A stretch of DNA of 64,000 nt from a bacterium (GCA_965209155.1 OZ242383.1:3872001-3936000); one strand, 5' to 3'; positions 10,827 to 20,739 are shown, counted from the stretch's first letter. Notes: generated by a model not told the origin, from the letters alone. Made by a program: numbers and translations.

Positions 10827-10925
10827 TTACCAGTTGAAAGGGGAGAGCAGTCGGATCAGGAGACTGCGTTTGCGTTTCTGCTTTGTGGCCCCAAAACTTC
10901 CCTGAACACCCCGCAGCCTCGGATC
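10827..10925 (-). pseudogene. Orphan 3-prime tail of an OppC-family permease
   Basis: DPRLRGVQGSFGATKQKRKRSLLIRLLSPFNW* aligns with DPRLRGGQGSYGAAGKRKRSLLARLISPFKY* of the permease ending at 63160. Confidence 0.75.
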
Positions 10926-11041
10926 CTCGCTAAAATCGGATCTGCTTTTAGTGATTGATTTTCGTAACTGTCCCCGGATTTTAAAGAGATAGATATCTTG
11001 TACTTTGAAGATGGGTGTAATTAAAAGTGAGGGGCATCTCA

Positions 11042-12382
11042 TTAAGCTCTTTGTAGTTGTTGCCAATAACAATCCCATTTTCCATTGGCTCTTGCCACCC
11101 TGAGTTGAATCATCTGATCGGCATGTTGTTTTTTCCACCAAGCGCCAGGGAGTTTGAGCCGTTTTTGGATGAGGGAACGATGGGCGCTTTCAATTTTTCC
11201 AGAGCCGATAGGGAGTTGTTGATCAATAGCTGTTTTGTATTCAAACTGTCCGGGACGATTTTTCATGTAACGTACCAAAGCGCGAATGGGGGCCTGTTCA
11301 TTGGGAATAGATTCGGATTCTTGCCTGGATTTAAACTGCTCTAACACGTTGGCTGCTCCTCCTTTTTTCATGGTTTGCTTCTGTTTTTTCAGGGCCGCTG
11401 AGCCGTCTTCAAAAGCGGCTTGGCAGGCTGCACCAAGATAATCACAGAGATGATAAAAATCAATGAGATAGTTCGCCTGAGCGCCAAAATGAGTTTCGAT
11501 TTTTTCACAGATCCAAGGGGCTCCATCCCCTAAAGCATGAATCTTCGTCTGCTTTCCCAGTCCCGCTTCAAGAGCGACCTCTTTCATCTGAAAACCCGCT
11601 TCATCTCTACCGTTCAAGGTTCCAGCATAAATGGGGTCGACACTTCCTCGAGCATAAGCTAAGGAGGTAATCCCTTCTTTCCAACTCACTTGACGCGTTT
11701 TTCTGCGATCCCCCGTAAATGTAGAGTCTGCCGTCTCTACCAGAGGCACCATGGTGCCATCACTTTCCAAAATCACCACCCCCACCCCACTGGGCTCCCT
11801 GCTAGACGGCTGCTCTTCTTTCAGGGAGAAGCATCTCTGACTGTGATGGAGGGTTCGTGCTCGGATACTGCTGGAAGGAACGTCAATGCCATAATGCTCC
11901 TTGAGTTTCTGGCTCGCTGCTGCAAAGGAGACATCGGCACCAAAATCCACCATCGCTCGCTGCAGAGGCTTTGAATAACCCTGGCACTGAACGCCAATCG
12001 AGGCACTCAAGGGTCTCTGTCTTTTTCCTCTCCGTCCTTCCCGGAAAACAAGTTCTTCGATTCCAATGGCACCAAAGGTACTGTACCAATACAGTTTTTT
12101 TTACCATCTCGGATCAGACCCGCTTTTTGAGAAGACTCTGCTTCTTTTATATCGGACTGATGGCCCAACCAGCCTTGAAGCACTTCCTGACCCAATTTAC
12201 GCACTTCTTCAATCGCCCGCCTCTCAGCCTCATCGGCTGTTTGGCAACTCCCATCGTCATTTTCGATAATCCCCAGAATGGATTCCATCCGACGGCGAAG
12301 GTGTGGATACTTCGACAGCCGTTCTTCTAATGAAAGAGATGACTCGTCACCCTCCCTTAGTTCCGAGTAACTCAAGTATTTA
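11042..12382 (-). pseudogene. ISKra4-like DDE transposase (orfA+orfB joined by a -1 frameshift at an A8 run); true start codon displaced to 14333 by the nested IS
   Basis: ESDGTMVP, GDGAPWI, DFYH, IGSGKIESAHR, RLKLPGAWW motifs; A8 at 12095-12102 (minus). Confidence 0.85.
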
Positions 12383-14322
12383 GTGTTTGGCAGAAAAAAG
12401 TCTTTCATTAATTATATCAAGATGATAAACTGATATTTGTGACGCGAAGATTTGAAAAAACCCGAGTGCGCGCCCCCTCGCATGAAGGGTCAATCGTTGC
12501 AGTTACAGTATCTTCGGAGTGGTTTCTTTCGTTTTTCCATAAATCTTCAAGATTTGAAATTTTATGCGCACCATACGTGACCCCCAGATGAAGTTTGGCG
12601 AAGTCGACATTGCCGCCATCGAGTTGGATCTCAAATCCCGTGATGATATCCCCCCTATCCTTCGCGGTTTGCAATACATATACACCACGCCAGCATTACG
12701 CGCATCGGTATTCAAAGTTCTGGAACGGGTCATTCCATCGCGAAGCGGAGCGGGCCTGAGCAACGAAGACAGGCATCGCAAAGCGGACCCTCGTCTTGGG
12801 CGTCCCGGGATGGAGCAGTGGAAGATTCTGGTGCTTGGCGTATTGCGCCTGGGTCTCAACACCGATTACGACCGCATCCATGAGTTGGCTAACCATCATG
12901 ACACCATCCGGCAGATGCTCGGACATGGAGGGTGGGAGGACAAAACGACCTACAACCGACAGACGATCAAGGATAACCTGCGTCTTTTCACACCTGAGAT
13001 TCTTGATGAGATCAATCAGTTGGTTGTCAAAGCCGGACATGGGCTGGTAAAAAAAAACGTCCCAAAAGATGGGCCAACCCGAAATCTCACGGAGGAGAAG
13101 ATTGAACTTCATGATTCAAGCAAGGCTCTACGTGCTCGCTGCGACTCCTTTGTGGTTGAAACCAATGTACATTATCCGACCGACATCAACCTGCTCTTCG
13201 ACGCCGTACGCAAGACGATTGAAGAATGCGCCAGGCTTTCACGGAATTGCCAGTTGGAGGGCTGGCGACAATATCGGTTCAACATCAGGCAGTTCAAAAA
13301 GCAGTATCGTCTCATCCAAAAGCTCAGGCCTTCCACTTCGAAAGTTGAGCAAATAAAGCATGCCCGTGAAGAAAAGAGGCGCAAAGAATATCTCAAATAC
13401 GTTCTCATGGCCAAGGGGTATCACCTGCGAGTCCAGACAAGCCTGAAGCTTTTGGAAAAACGGGTGCGCTCCCCCTTGAAGCTGCTGCGCTTGCGGGAGT
13501 ACATGGGCTCTGCAAAAACCCTCATGAGCCAAATCATCCGCAGGGTGTGTTTCAACGAAACCATCCCTCATCATGAAAAAATCTTTTCCATCTTCGAGCC
13601 CCACACCGAGTGGATCAGCAAGGGCAAGGCGGGAGTGCCAGTGGAACTCGGACTGAGGGTCAACCTCATCGAGGACCAGGATCAATTCATCCTTCACCAT
13701 CAGGTGATGCGCAGGCAGAGCGATGAGAAGGTGGCCGTGGAAATCGTCGAAGAAAGCAAAAAACGCTTCCCCGAGCTTGCGGTCGTGAGTTGGGACAAAG
13801 GCGCTCACAGCCCTCAGAATCAGCGTGAACTCAAAGCACTGCTGGATCTTGTCGTGCTTCCCAAAAAAGGCAAGTTGAGCAAAGCAGACAGGCAGAGAGA
13901 AGATTCCCGGGAATTCAAACTCCTGCGCCGCCTACACGCTGCGATCGAATCCGCCATCAACGCTCTGGAAGTGCACGGACTCGACCGATGTCCAGATCAT
14001 GGGATCAAGGGGTTCGAACGCTATGTCGCTCTGGCTGTGCTTGCAAAAAACATCCACCGTCTCGGCACCGTCCTGCGTGAACAACAAAAAGAACGGCAGC
14101 GTCGTAAACGAGGACCCTACAAAAAAGCGGCCTGAACCAAAGGACGACTCCTCATTCTAAAATAAGAGGGGAGGGGTTTGCCCAAAAAAAGAGGATTAAC
14201 AAAAAAGCGGGGATCTCAAAGAAAAAAAGCTTCAATTCTCTAAAATATGGCCTGTTCAAGAATGGCTATTCTCGCGAGTTCTACATCTCCTATTAGTAAA
14301 ATTGTAATTTTCTGCCAGACAC
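12383..14322 (+). mobile_element. ISNCY/IS5-like insertion sequence nested in the ISKra4-like element
   Basis: Inverted repeats GTGTTTGGCAGAAAA (12383-12397) / TTTTCTGCCAGACAC (14308-14322); 6-bp target duplication TATTTA (12377-12382 / 14323-14328). Confidence 0.9.
12564..14135 (+). CDS. ISNCY-family DDE transposase, apparently intact
   Basis: GRPGMEQW, RCDSFVVETNVHYPTD, EKIFSIFEPHTEWISKGK, WDKG, AIESAINALE. Confidence 0.88.
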   Translation: MRTIRDPQMKFGEVDIAAIELDLKSRDDIPPILRGLQYIYTTPALRASVFKVLERVIPSRSGAGLSNEDRHRKADPRLGRPGMEQWKILVLGVLRLGLNTDYDRIHELANHHDTIRQMLGHGGWEDKTTYNRQTIKDNLRLFTPEILDEINQLVVKAGHGLVKKNVPKDGPTRNLTEEKIELHDSSKALRARCDSFVVETNVHYPTDINLLFDAVRKTIEECARLSRNCQLEGWRQYRFNIRQFKKQYRLIQKLRPSTSKVEQIKHAREEKRRKEYLKYVLMAKGYHLRVQTSLKLLEKRVRSPLKLLRLREYMGSAKTLMSQIIRRVCFNETIPHHEKIFSIFEPHTEWISKGKAGVPVELGLRVNLIEDQDQFILHHQVMRRQSDEKVAVEIVEESKKRFPELAVVSWDKGAHSPQNQRELKALLDLVVLPKKGKLSKADRQREDSREFKLLRRLHAAIESAINALEVHGLDRCPDHGIKGFERYVALAVLAKNIHRLGTVLREQQKERQRRKRGPYKKAA

Positions 14323-14540
14323 TATTTAGACATTTTCAACTCCTGTTTGAAGGTCAATCATTCGAAATCCCCCCCACTTTCAATATACTTTGAGCACTTG
14401 TCCAGCTGTTTCTCTCTGCCCCTCACTTTTAATTACACCCTTTGAAGATACGAATATTGCAGGAATAGGGCTGGGGTGATATGATATCAGGATAAACATT
14501 GTATGACTATTATTTTAAAATCAGCCTCAGGAGCATCATA

Positions 14541-14849
14541 ATGGGACAAATAGCACAAGAAGTGACTTACCCTTATATTATGACTGATCTCGGGATAGCC
14601 AATGGTGTTCCAATCATTGTAGGGACTCGTATCACGGTGCGATGCATTGCTGGATATTATCAGATGGGAATGAGTGTGGATGAAATTCTGAATTCTTTGT
14701 CTCACTTAAAGGCTTCTCAAGTCCATTCTGCTTTAGGTTATTATTTTGACCACCAGGACGAGATTGATCAGGATCTGGCAGAATCCACTGATGTGGATTA
14801 CTGGAAACAGCAAGTAAAAGTTCATCCGGAGCAGGGAAATTCTGTATGA
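14541..14849 (+). CDS. DUF433 domain protein (antitoxin-like)
   Basis: GVPIIVGTRITV, GMSVDEIL, QVHSALGYYFDHQDEID; RBS AGGAG. Confidence 0.85.
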   Translation: MGQIAQEVTYPYIMTDLGIANGVPIIVGTRITVRCIAGYYQMGMSVDEILNSLSHLKASQVHSALGYYFDHQDEIDQDLAESTDVDYWKQQVKVHPEQGNSV

Positions 14850-14995
14850 TGGTCAAACTACTGCGGGATGAAATGGGTTGCTTGCATCCCGGTTTCTCCG
14901 TACGTTCATTGTCCAAGGATCATACTTCATTAAGGACGCTATTTTTCAACCTCAGCAATTATTAAAAACGCATGCAAAATAACAGGAAGGAAAAA

Positions 14996-15931
14996 ATGAA
15001 AGTAGGCTTCATAGGTCTCGGTGGAATCGGCAAACCGATGGCTATCAATGTTGCCAAGTCAGGATTCGATCTCACAGTCACTGATCTGCGTGAGCCACCA
15101 CTGAAGGAACTCGAGCAGCACGGAGCCCGGATTGCAAGTAACGCTCGTGAGGTCGCAGCCGCATCAGAGATCGTGTTGGCTTCTCTGCCGTCCAACGAAG
15201 CCAGTGAGCAAGTGGCACTGGGCCCCGATGGCGTCCTATCCGGCGCCAAAAGCGGTGACATTTACGTCGAACTGAGCACCATTAGCCCGGAGGTGGTTAA
15301 TACCATCGCAAGGCAGGCGGCAGAAAAAGGCGTAACTGTGCTGGATGCCCCGGTAAGCGGCGACCTCGAGCACCGCCGGGAAGGGACATTGTCGATAATG
15401 GCAGGTGGCGATGCAAAGGCTCTGGATCGGGCAATGCCGGTGTTCAAAGCGTTCGGGGACAAAGTCTTTCACGCCGGCGATAGCGGTGCGGGCGCAACGG
15501 TCAAGCTGGTCAATAACCTGCTTGCCGGAATCTATATGGTCGCCACCATGGAAGCCCTGGTGTTGGGCGTCAAGGGTGGCCTGAGCTTGCAGACCTTAAA
15601 AGAGGTGATCAGCGTGAGCAGCGGCGGTAGCCCTGGATTCGGCATCTTGTTCGATAAAATCACCACGCGCAGTCCCAAACCGCCGCCCGGGCAAACCGCC
15701 AACCAGGGGCTGCATACCATCGGTAAAGATGTCAAACTGGCCGTTGAGCTGGCCCAGAACCTATCCGTGCCCTTATCGCTTGGCTCGTCGGCTCTACAGC
15801 CATTTCTCGCCGGAATCGGCAATGGATGGGCGGACAAAGAATTCTGGGTTATTATGGAAATCTTCGAGCAAATGAACGGAGTCAGAGTGCGTCCGCCGGA
15901 TTTAACGAATTTAAAGGAGGACAAGCAATGA
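14996..15931 (+). CDS. NAD(P)-dependent beta-hydroxyacid dehydrogenase (3-hydroxyisobutyrate dehydrogenase family)
   Basis: GFIGLGGIGKPMA, LDAPVSG, GAGATVKLVNN. Confidence 0.88.
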   Translation: MKVGFIGLGGIGKPMAINVAKSGFDLTVTDLREPPLKELEQHGARIASNAREVAAASEIVLASLPSNEASEQVALGPDGVLSGAKSGDIYVELSTISPEVVNTIARQAAEKGVTVLDAPVSGDLEHRREGTLSIMAGGDAKALDRAMPVFKAFGDKVFHAGDSGAGATVKLVNNLLAGIYMVATMEALVLGVKGGLSLQTLKEVISVSSGGSPGFGILFDKITTRSPKPPPGQTANQGLHTIGKDVKLAVELAQNLSVPLSLGSSALQPFLAGIGNGWADKEFWVIMEIFEQMNGVRVRPPDLTNLKEDKQ

Positions 15932-16761
15932 ATCAGAGCAAGATCGATGCAGTCGCCGATGCCATGGCCGAGGCTTACCGCAACGGCGGCACCGTGGCTG
16001 AACTGGCCGAAGAATTATTACCGGCAAACTGGCAGGCGGCCTACCAGGTCCAGGATGCGCTCGATGAGCGCCTGGGCTTTGAATTGGCGGGTTGGAAAAT
16101 AGGCAACACCAGCCGGGCCGGCATGCAGGATTTCGATATGGATCATCCGCCGTTTTTTGGCCGCGAATACCGTAATTTTACTCAACACAGTCCGGCGCGC
16201 TTCCGGATGGCTGATTTTCGTCACGCCCCGATGATCGAAGGGGAGTTTGCCTTTCGCCTGGGCCGCGACCTGCCGTCCCGCGAACAGGCCTACAGCGAAG
16301 CCGAAGTGCGTGATGCCATCACCGACGTCGTCATGGCCATCGATGCAGTCGATACCCGCTGGAGCACGCATCCTTTTGAGTTGAATATGTTCCTTGGCAA
16401 TGCCGACAACGCCAATGCGGGTGTTTACGTTATCGGCGATGTGCTCTCAGGCTGGCAGACCCTCGACCTGGCCACGCTACCGGTCGAGGTGTACGTCAAT
16501 GGCAAACACGTTCAGGAGACGACCCTCCGGGGCCGCCTCATTGACAGCTTGACCCGTCCGCGCGAATACCGCTGCAGCTTTGACGAGCTGATCTCGGCCT
16601 TGCAGTGGGGCGCCAACGAATTGTCGCAACGTGGACTGGGCTTTCGTGCCGGTCAGGTCGTCACCACCGGCAGCCCGCATGTCCCTGTGGAAGCAACGGC
16701 GGGCAGTGAAATCGTTATCCGCTATGGCGATGCGGGTGAAATCAAAGCAAAATTTGAATGA
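15928..16761 (+). CDS. 2-keto-4-pentenoate hydratase-like protein (fumarylacetoacetate hydrolase superfamily)
   Basis: AYQVQ, GWKIG, IEGEFAFRLGRDL, ADNA, GQVVTTGS; ATGA overlap with the upstream gene. Confidence 0.85.
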   Translation: MNQSKIDAVADAMAEAYRNGGTVAELAEELLPANWQAAYQVQDALDERLGFELAGWKIGNTSRAGMQDFDMDHPPFFGREYRNFTQHSPARFRMADFRHAPMIEGEFAFRLGRDLPSREQAYSEAEVRDAITDVVMAIDAVDTRWSTHPFELNMFLGNADNANAGVYVIGDVLSGWQTLDLATLPVEVYVNGKHVQETTLRGRLIDSLTRPREYRCSFDELISALQWGANELSQRGLGFRAGQVVTTGSPHVPVEATAGSEIVIRYGDAGEIKAKFE

Positions 16762-16774
16762 AAGGAGTCCTCTT

Positions 16775-17620
16775 ATGTCCGATAATTTGCAATCCACTCG
16801 CATTCATGCATCCCGCATGGCAAACAGGCTGGAAAACAAAGTTGCGATCATCACTGGCGGAAGCGGCGGCATTGGCGAAGGCACGGCCCGCGCGTTTGCC
16901 CGCGAAGGGGCGAAGGTCATCCTCCTGGCGCGCCAGGAGGAGAAGGGCCGGGCGGTCGAAACGGCGATCCGTCATGACGGCGGAGAAGCCACGTTTATCG
17001 TCTGCGATGTCGCTGACGAAGCCGCCGTCGCTGCAGCGGTTGACAAAGCGGCCGCCACCTATGGTGCGATCAATATTCTTTTCAACAATGCCGGCGGCGG
17101 TGCGATGGGTCTTTTTCCAAACGAGCCAATCGATGAATTCAGTCGCATTGTTCGAGTGAACCTGGTGGGAACATTCAACATGAGCCAAGCCGTGTGGCCC
17201 CACCTGATTGAAGCAGGGGGGGGAGCGGTGATCAATATGTCGTCGCTTGCTGCTCAGCGGGGAATGAGTCCTGTGATGTACGAGGAATTTGGCGCATCCA
17301 CTTCAGCCTACTGGGCTTCGAAAGCCGGTGTCGAAGCGCTGACGCGATACATGGCCGGGATTGGGGGCAAACACAACATTTGAGTCAACTGCGTGCGTCC
17401 TGGTCAGATCATGACGAGGGGAGCCACGGGTGGGACCCTCCACGATCCAGACGGGGGACATCACGTCTTCGAGAAGTGGTTCGATCGGATTCAGATTGTC
17501 CAAGGGCCCGGCTATCCCGAAGATGTGGCCAATCTCGTCCTCTTTTTGGCTTCGGAGGAGGCGCGCTTCATCACCAGTGAAATGATCAACGTCGATGGCG
17601 GTTGTGCCGTAAAGATCTAG
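16775..17620 (+). pseudogene. Short-chain dehydrogenase/reductase with in-frame TGA at 17381-17383
   Basis: TGGSGGIG, NNAG, YWASK; the frame continues NI*VNCVRPG...PEDVANLVLFLAS...VDGG to TAG at 17620. Confidence 0.8.
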
Positions 17621-17858
17621 GAAGTCATCATTGAAGCACCGGTTACCCGCTTGCTCCTCGATGGTGCCCAAAGCCTCTGACTTTTTTCCCAAAAAACACT
17701 TGGAAGGTGCCAACATTTCATTTATGATACCAAAATATCAAATATTCATTTTTTATACAAATGTTTCATATTTTAATTCATGCGTAACGCTTCTGGCGAG
17801 CGAAGTTGAGGGTATCCTCAATTTGAGCCGGACGCAGAGAATAGAAGAAAAAGCAAAA

Positions 17859-18779
17859 ATGAGCCTACCCACTTGGACCCGCGACCCCGAAACAATGAAA
17901 CGAGATATCGACGAGCACGGATTCTGCCTCTTCAAGGACGCACTGACACCAGCTCAGCTTGCCCAAGCACGCGAGCGCCTCAGCGAGCAGGCCGAGGCCG
18001 AGCGCAAGGGTGGCGTCGTCCTCTCCGGTGACGGCCGGATCGGTCCGGAACGCGGGCCTGGTAACAACCAGGCTGTGACCTTTCTCGGGAACAAGGGTCA
18101 CATCTTTCGCGAGATAGCCTCGCGGCCGGACATTCTGGACATTGTGCGCCATGTGCTCGGCGAGGAAATCCGGATCCGTAACCTCTTGGCGAACATCGTG
18201 CGCATTGGCGGCCAGGAGCAGGGGCTGCACACGGATCAATGGTTTTTACCATCGGCCAGCCGCTACGACGAGCCGCCGATGCAGGTCGGGTCGATCACGC
18301 GCGCGAATCCCGGGCAACCCGAGATACCGGGGCCAACGCTGATGCCGTGCGTCGTGATCAACGCCTTTTGGATGCTGGACGACTTCACCATCGAAAACGG
18401 TGCGACCTGCATCGTGCCTGGTAGTCACAAGCTCGGACGCCGGCCGAACAAGGACGATCGCGCGGACCAGATCCAAGTGACAGGCCCAGCTGGAAGCGCT
18501 TTCATCTTCGACGGCCGGCTCTTTCATGGCGCCGGACCCCACCTCTCGCAGGATCCGACTGTCGAGCGGAAAGGGCTCACCTTCGCGTACCAACCGCCCA
18601 TGTTCAAGCCTCACGAGAACTATCCGCTGGTGTTGCTTCCGGAGGTGTATGAAAAAGCCTCCCAAGAGCTTCTCGATCTCATGGGCTTCAAGGTATGGTT
18701 CAGCCGTGAACACCTGGTCGACCAAGACTCGGAGCGCATCACGCGCGACATACCAATCATCGGGGAGATGAAGCCATGA
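17859..18779 (+). CDS. PhyH family Fe(II)/2OG oxygenase (divergent from copies 1 and 2)
   Basis: LHTD, WMLDDFTIENGATCIVPGSH, FDGRLFHGA. Confidence 0.9.
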   Translation: MSLPTWTRDPETMKRDIDEHGFCLFKDALTPAQLAQARERLSEQAEAERKGGVVLSGDGRIGPERGPGNNQAVTFLGNKGHIFREIASRPDILDIVRHVLGEEIRIRNLLANIVRIGGQEQGLHTDQWFLPSASRYDEPPMQVGSITRANPGQPEIPGPTLMPCVVINAFWMLDDFTIENGATCIVPGSHKLGRRPNKDDRADQIQVTGPAGSAFIFDGRLFHGAGPHLSQDPTVERKGLTFAYQPPMFKPHENYPLVLLPEVYEKASQELLDLMGFKVWFSREHLVDQDSERITRDIPIIGEMKP

Positions 18780-18879
18780 GTGGGGCTTCTTAATTTGGAG
18801 ACAACCAGTGAAAATGGGATTCACAGGCCTTTATAATTTGTAATTGATAAGCTTTGACAGAGAGAAAAAGAGAAGAACA

Positions 18880-19030
18880 ATGAGTACAATCTACCCCCCC
18901 TGCGGAAGTGAGAAAGGACCTACGTGTTCGTTGGTATCGCTGTCCCATAAGCCTTAAGCCACACTTATCACCACCGCTACGCGAGGTATCCTGAAGCCGA
19001 TCGCGAAAACCTGCCCCCCTCGAAGCAGCG
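18880..19030 (+). pseudogene. Internally deleted fatty-acid-desaturase-like remnant
   Basis: MSTIYPPAEVRKDLRVRWYRCPI, then in another frame SHTYHHRYARYPEADREN (HxxHH box); family recognised from memory only. Confidence 0.5.
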
Positions 19031-19075
19031 TTGGGTGTCAAAGTGCTGATAAAATTATTTACGATAGATTTGTTC

Positions 19076-20062
19076 TCACCACCCGGTCGCAATTTTGGCA
19101 AAGGCGGGCCCAAAACCGGTCAGTTTGACCGTTCCCAATGCCGGATCGACAAAAATATTGAACGGATTGATCATTTTATGCAAGATGCCCTGCCGGTTCA
19201 CTTCTTTCAGAATACCGATCAATGAAACCGCTATCTTCAGCGAGTCCAGCAGGTCAAGCCGGGCAGCATCCATCAGCTTTCTTAAAGGGAGCCCTTTAGT
19301 ATTTTCCAGGATCAAAGCCGATCCGTTTTCACATGCCACCAGTTCCTCTGCCCTGAGTACCCCATCAATCTCCAGATCCTGAGTGATCTCATATTCATGC
19401 CGTATTTCCGCCAACTCCTGAGCGCTCTGCTGAGGGGAAGCCGATCCCTTGATCAGAACCCAAAACCCATCGCTTTGCCGCCTACCGCGCCAAAGCCAGG
19501 TCCGCCCACTTCCAAAAATGACCTCCTCCAGCGAATACCCCGGAATCTCCGGTTTTTTCCTATCGGGAATCGTCTGCTCTTTTGTTGGCTTGGGCTGTGT
19601 TTCCATGCTTGGTCCGGTAGAGAATTCTTCCCTGGACGGTTCAGGCATATTGAAGCTTTTCAGCAGATCCTCCAGGAAGCCCTGGTCCTTTTCGATTTCG
19701 TGGATTTTTCCCAACATTCTCCGGGCAGCATGGTAATTTAATCCGATTTTTTCTGCTAATTGTTGAACCGTCGTCTCCACATTGCATGCTGCCACATAAA
19801 AAATCCCCCAAAACCAGTAACGCAGCGGAGTCCGCGTCCGGTGCATGATCGTGCCCACCGTAGCTGAGGTTTGGGAATGACATTGTTTGCATTGAAACAG
19901 TTTGCGCAGCGACACCTCATAATACTCATGATGGCCGCAGACGGGACAGACAAACCCCTGGGGCCAGCGAACTGCGAAAAGATGCTGGTGACAGCGATCA
20001 TCGGTCAAAAACCGGTTCCTATGCTGATCCAATGACGTCTGCTGAGTAAACGACATTTTCAT
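19076..20062 (-). CDS. Fusion of IS1595-type zinc ribbon/HTH to a degenerate, C-terminally truncated Ser/Thr kinase domain
   Basis: RWPQGFVCPVCG..FQCKQCHSQTSATVGTIMHRTRTPL..WF; then VLIK, HEYEI, ILHKMINPFNI, VKLTGFG. Confidence 0.7.
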   Translation of the reverse strand: MKMSFTQQTSLDQHRNRFLTDDRCHQHLFAVRWPQGFVCPVCGHHEYYEVSLRKLFQCKQCHSQTSATVGTIMHRTRTPLRYWFWGIFYVAACNVETTVQQLAEKIGLNYHAARRMLGKIHEIEKDQGFLEDLLKSFNMPEPSREEFSTGPSMETQPKPTKEQTIPDRKKPEIPGYSLEEVIFGSGRTWLWRGRRQSDGFWVLIKGSASPQQSAQELAEIRHEYEITQDLEIDGVLRAEELVACENGSALILENTKGLPLRKLMDAARLDLLDSLKIAVSLIGILKEVNRQGILHKMINPFNIFVDPALGTVKLTGFGPAFAKIATGW

Positions 20063-20213
20063 GGGAATCCTTTGAGATAATAGTCAAAAATTTAGTAAAC
20101 GCAAAATCGGATACTTGCCAAAATTAACTGATTTAATGCGAACCATAGCGAATCTTCTGATTAAATGCAAGGCAGGCGTCTTTTTTGTATGACTTGGTCG
20201 ACGGGTTAATTCG

Positions 20214-20378
20214 ATTGAAGAAATTCCAAGAGGACGAACAAATTTGGACGAAATCCGATCAATGAGTGATGAAGAAGGTCATAGAAGAGCGCTATCTGAT
20301 CCTGATTGCCAACCATCAAAAGCTGAACAATTGAGAAGATTCAAATTAGTGAAAAGGACAAAATCACAATTAATGTGA
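20214..20378 (+). pseudogene. Possible BrnA-like antitoxin remnant without a start codon
   Basis: GRTNLDEIRSMSDEEGHRRALSDPDCQP resembles the TDWxxxxxMxDEEIxxxALSDPDxxP pattern. Confidence 0.35.
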
Positions 20379-20739
20379 GAATTTTCCTTGTAAAATTACT
20401 ACTTAAGCGTACGATCCTGTACATGATAAAAAGTTTCCAGTACGTTTTAATGGAAGATGTGGAAATGATTAAATTATCTGCAACCAAGTTATGAAATATC
20501 CTTTTTGATTTTTCAGATAAAGCATCGGTTGGAGAGACCAACGTTTTCCAACGAAATAAGCAAGAAGTGGCTCGTCTTGTTTGTACCTATAAAGAGACTG
20601 ATGTTTCCCAAATTCAGTGATGGGTCAAGGAGGCTCATCAAATCGTTCGACTTTCATAAAAGTGTATCTCTATAAAATATCTCGTGAGAACAAACGTCAT
20701 AATGTTTAAAAAAACAATTAACATTTATAGGAGGCGAAA

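Larger units (their letters stand above)
11013..14440 (-). mobile_element. ISKra4-family-like insertion sequence, interrupted by a nested IS
   Basis: Perfect 24-bp terminal inverted repeats GGGTGTAATTAAAAGTGAGGGGCA (11013-11036 / 14417-14440); 9-bp target duplication TTTGAAGAT (11004-11012 / 14441-14449). Confidence 0.9.

Noticed and set aside
12383..12408. N-terminus MKDFFLPNT of the ORF 12007..12408 as the native start
   Set aside because: These codons come from the left end of the nested IS; the native start is at 14333
17381..17383. TGA in the SDR as a second selenocysteine
   Set aside because: The position corresponds to the conserved Arg of IRVN, not a Cys, and I see no convincing SECIS; CGA to TGA nonsense is simpler
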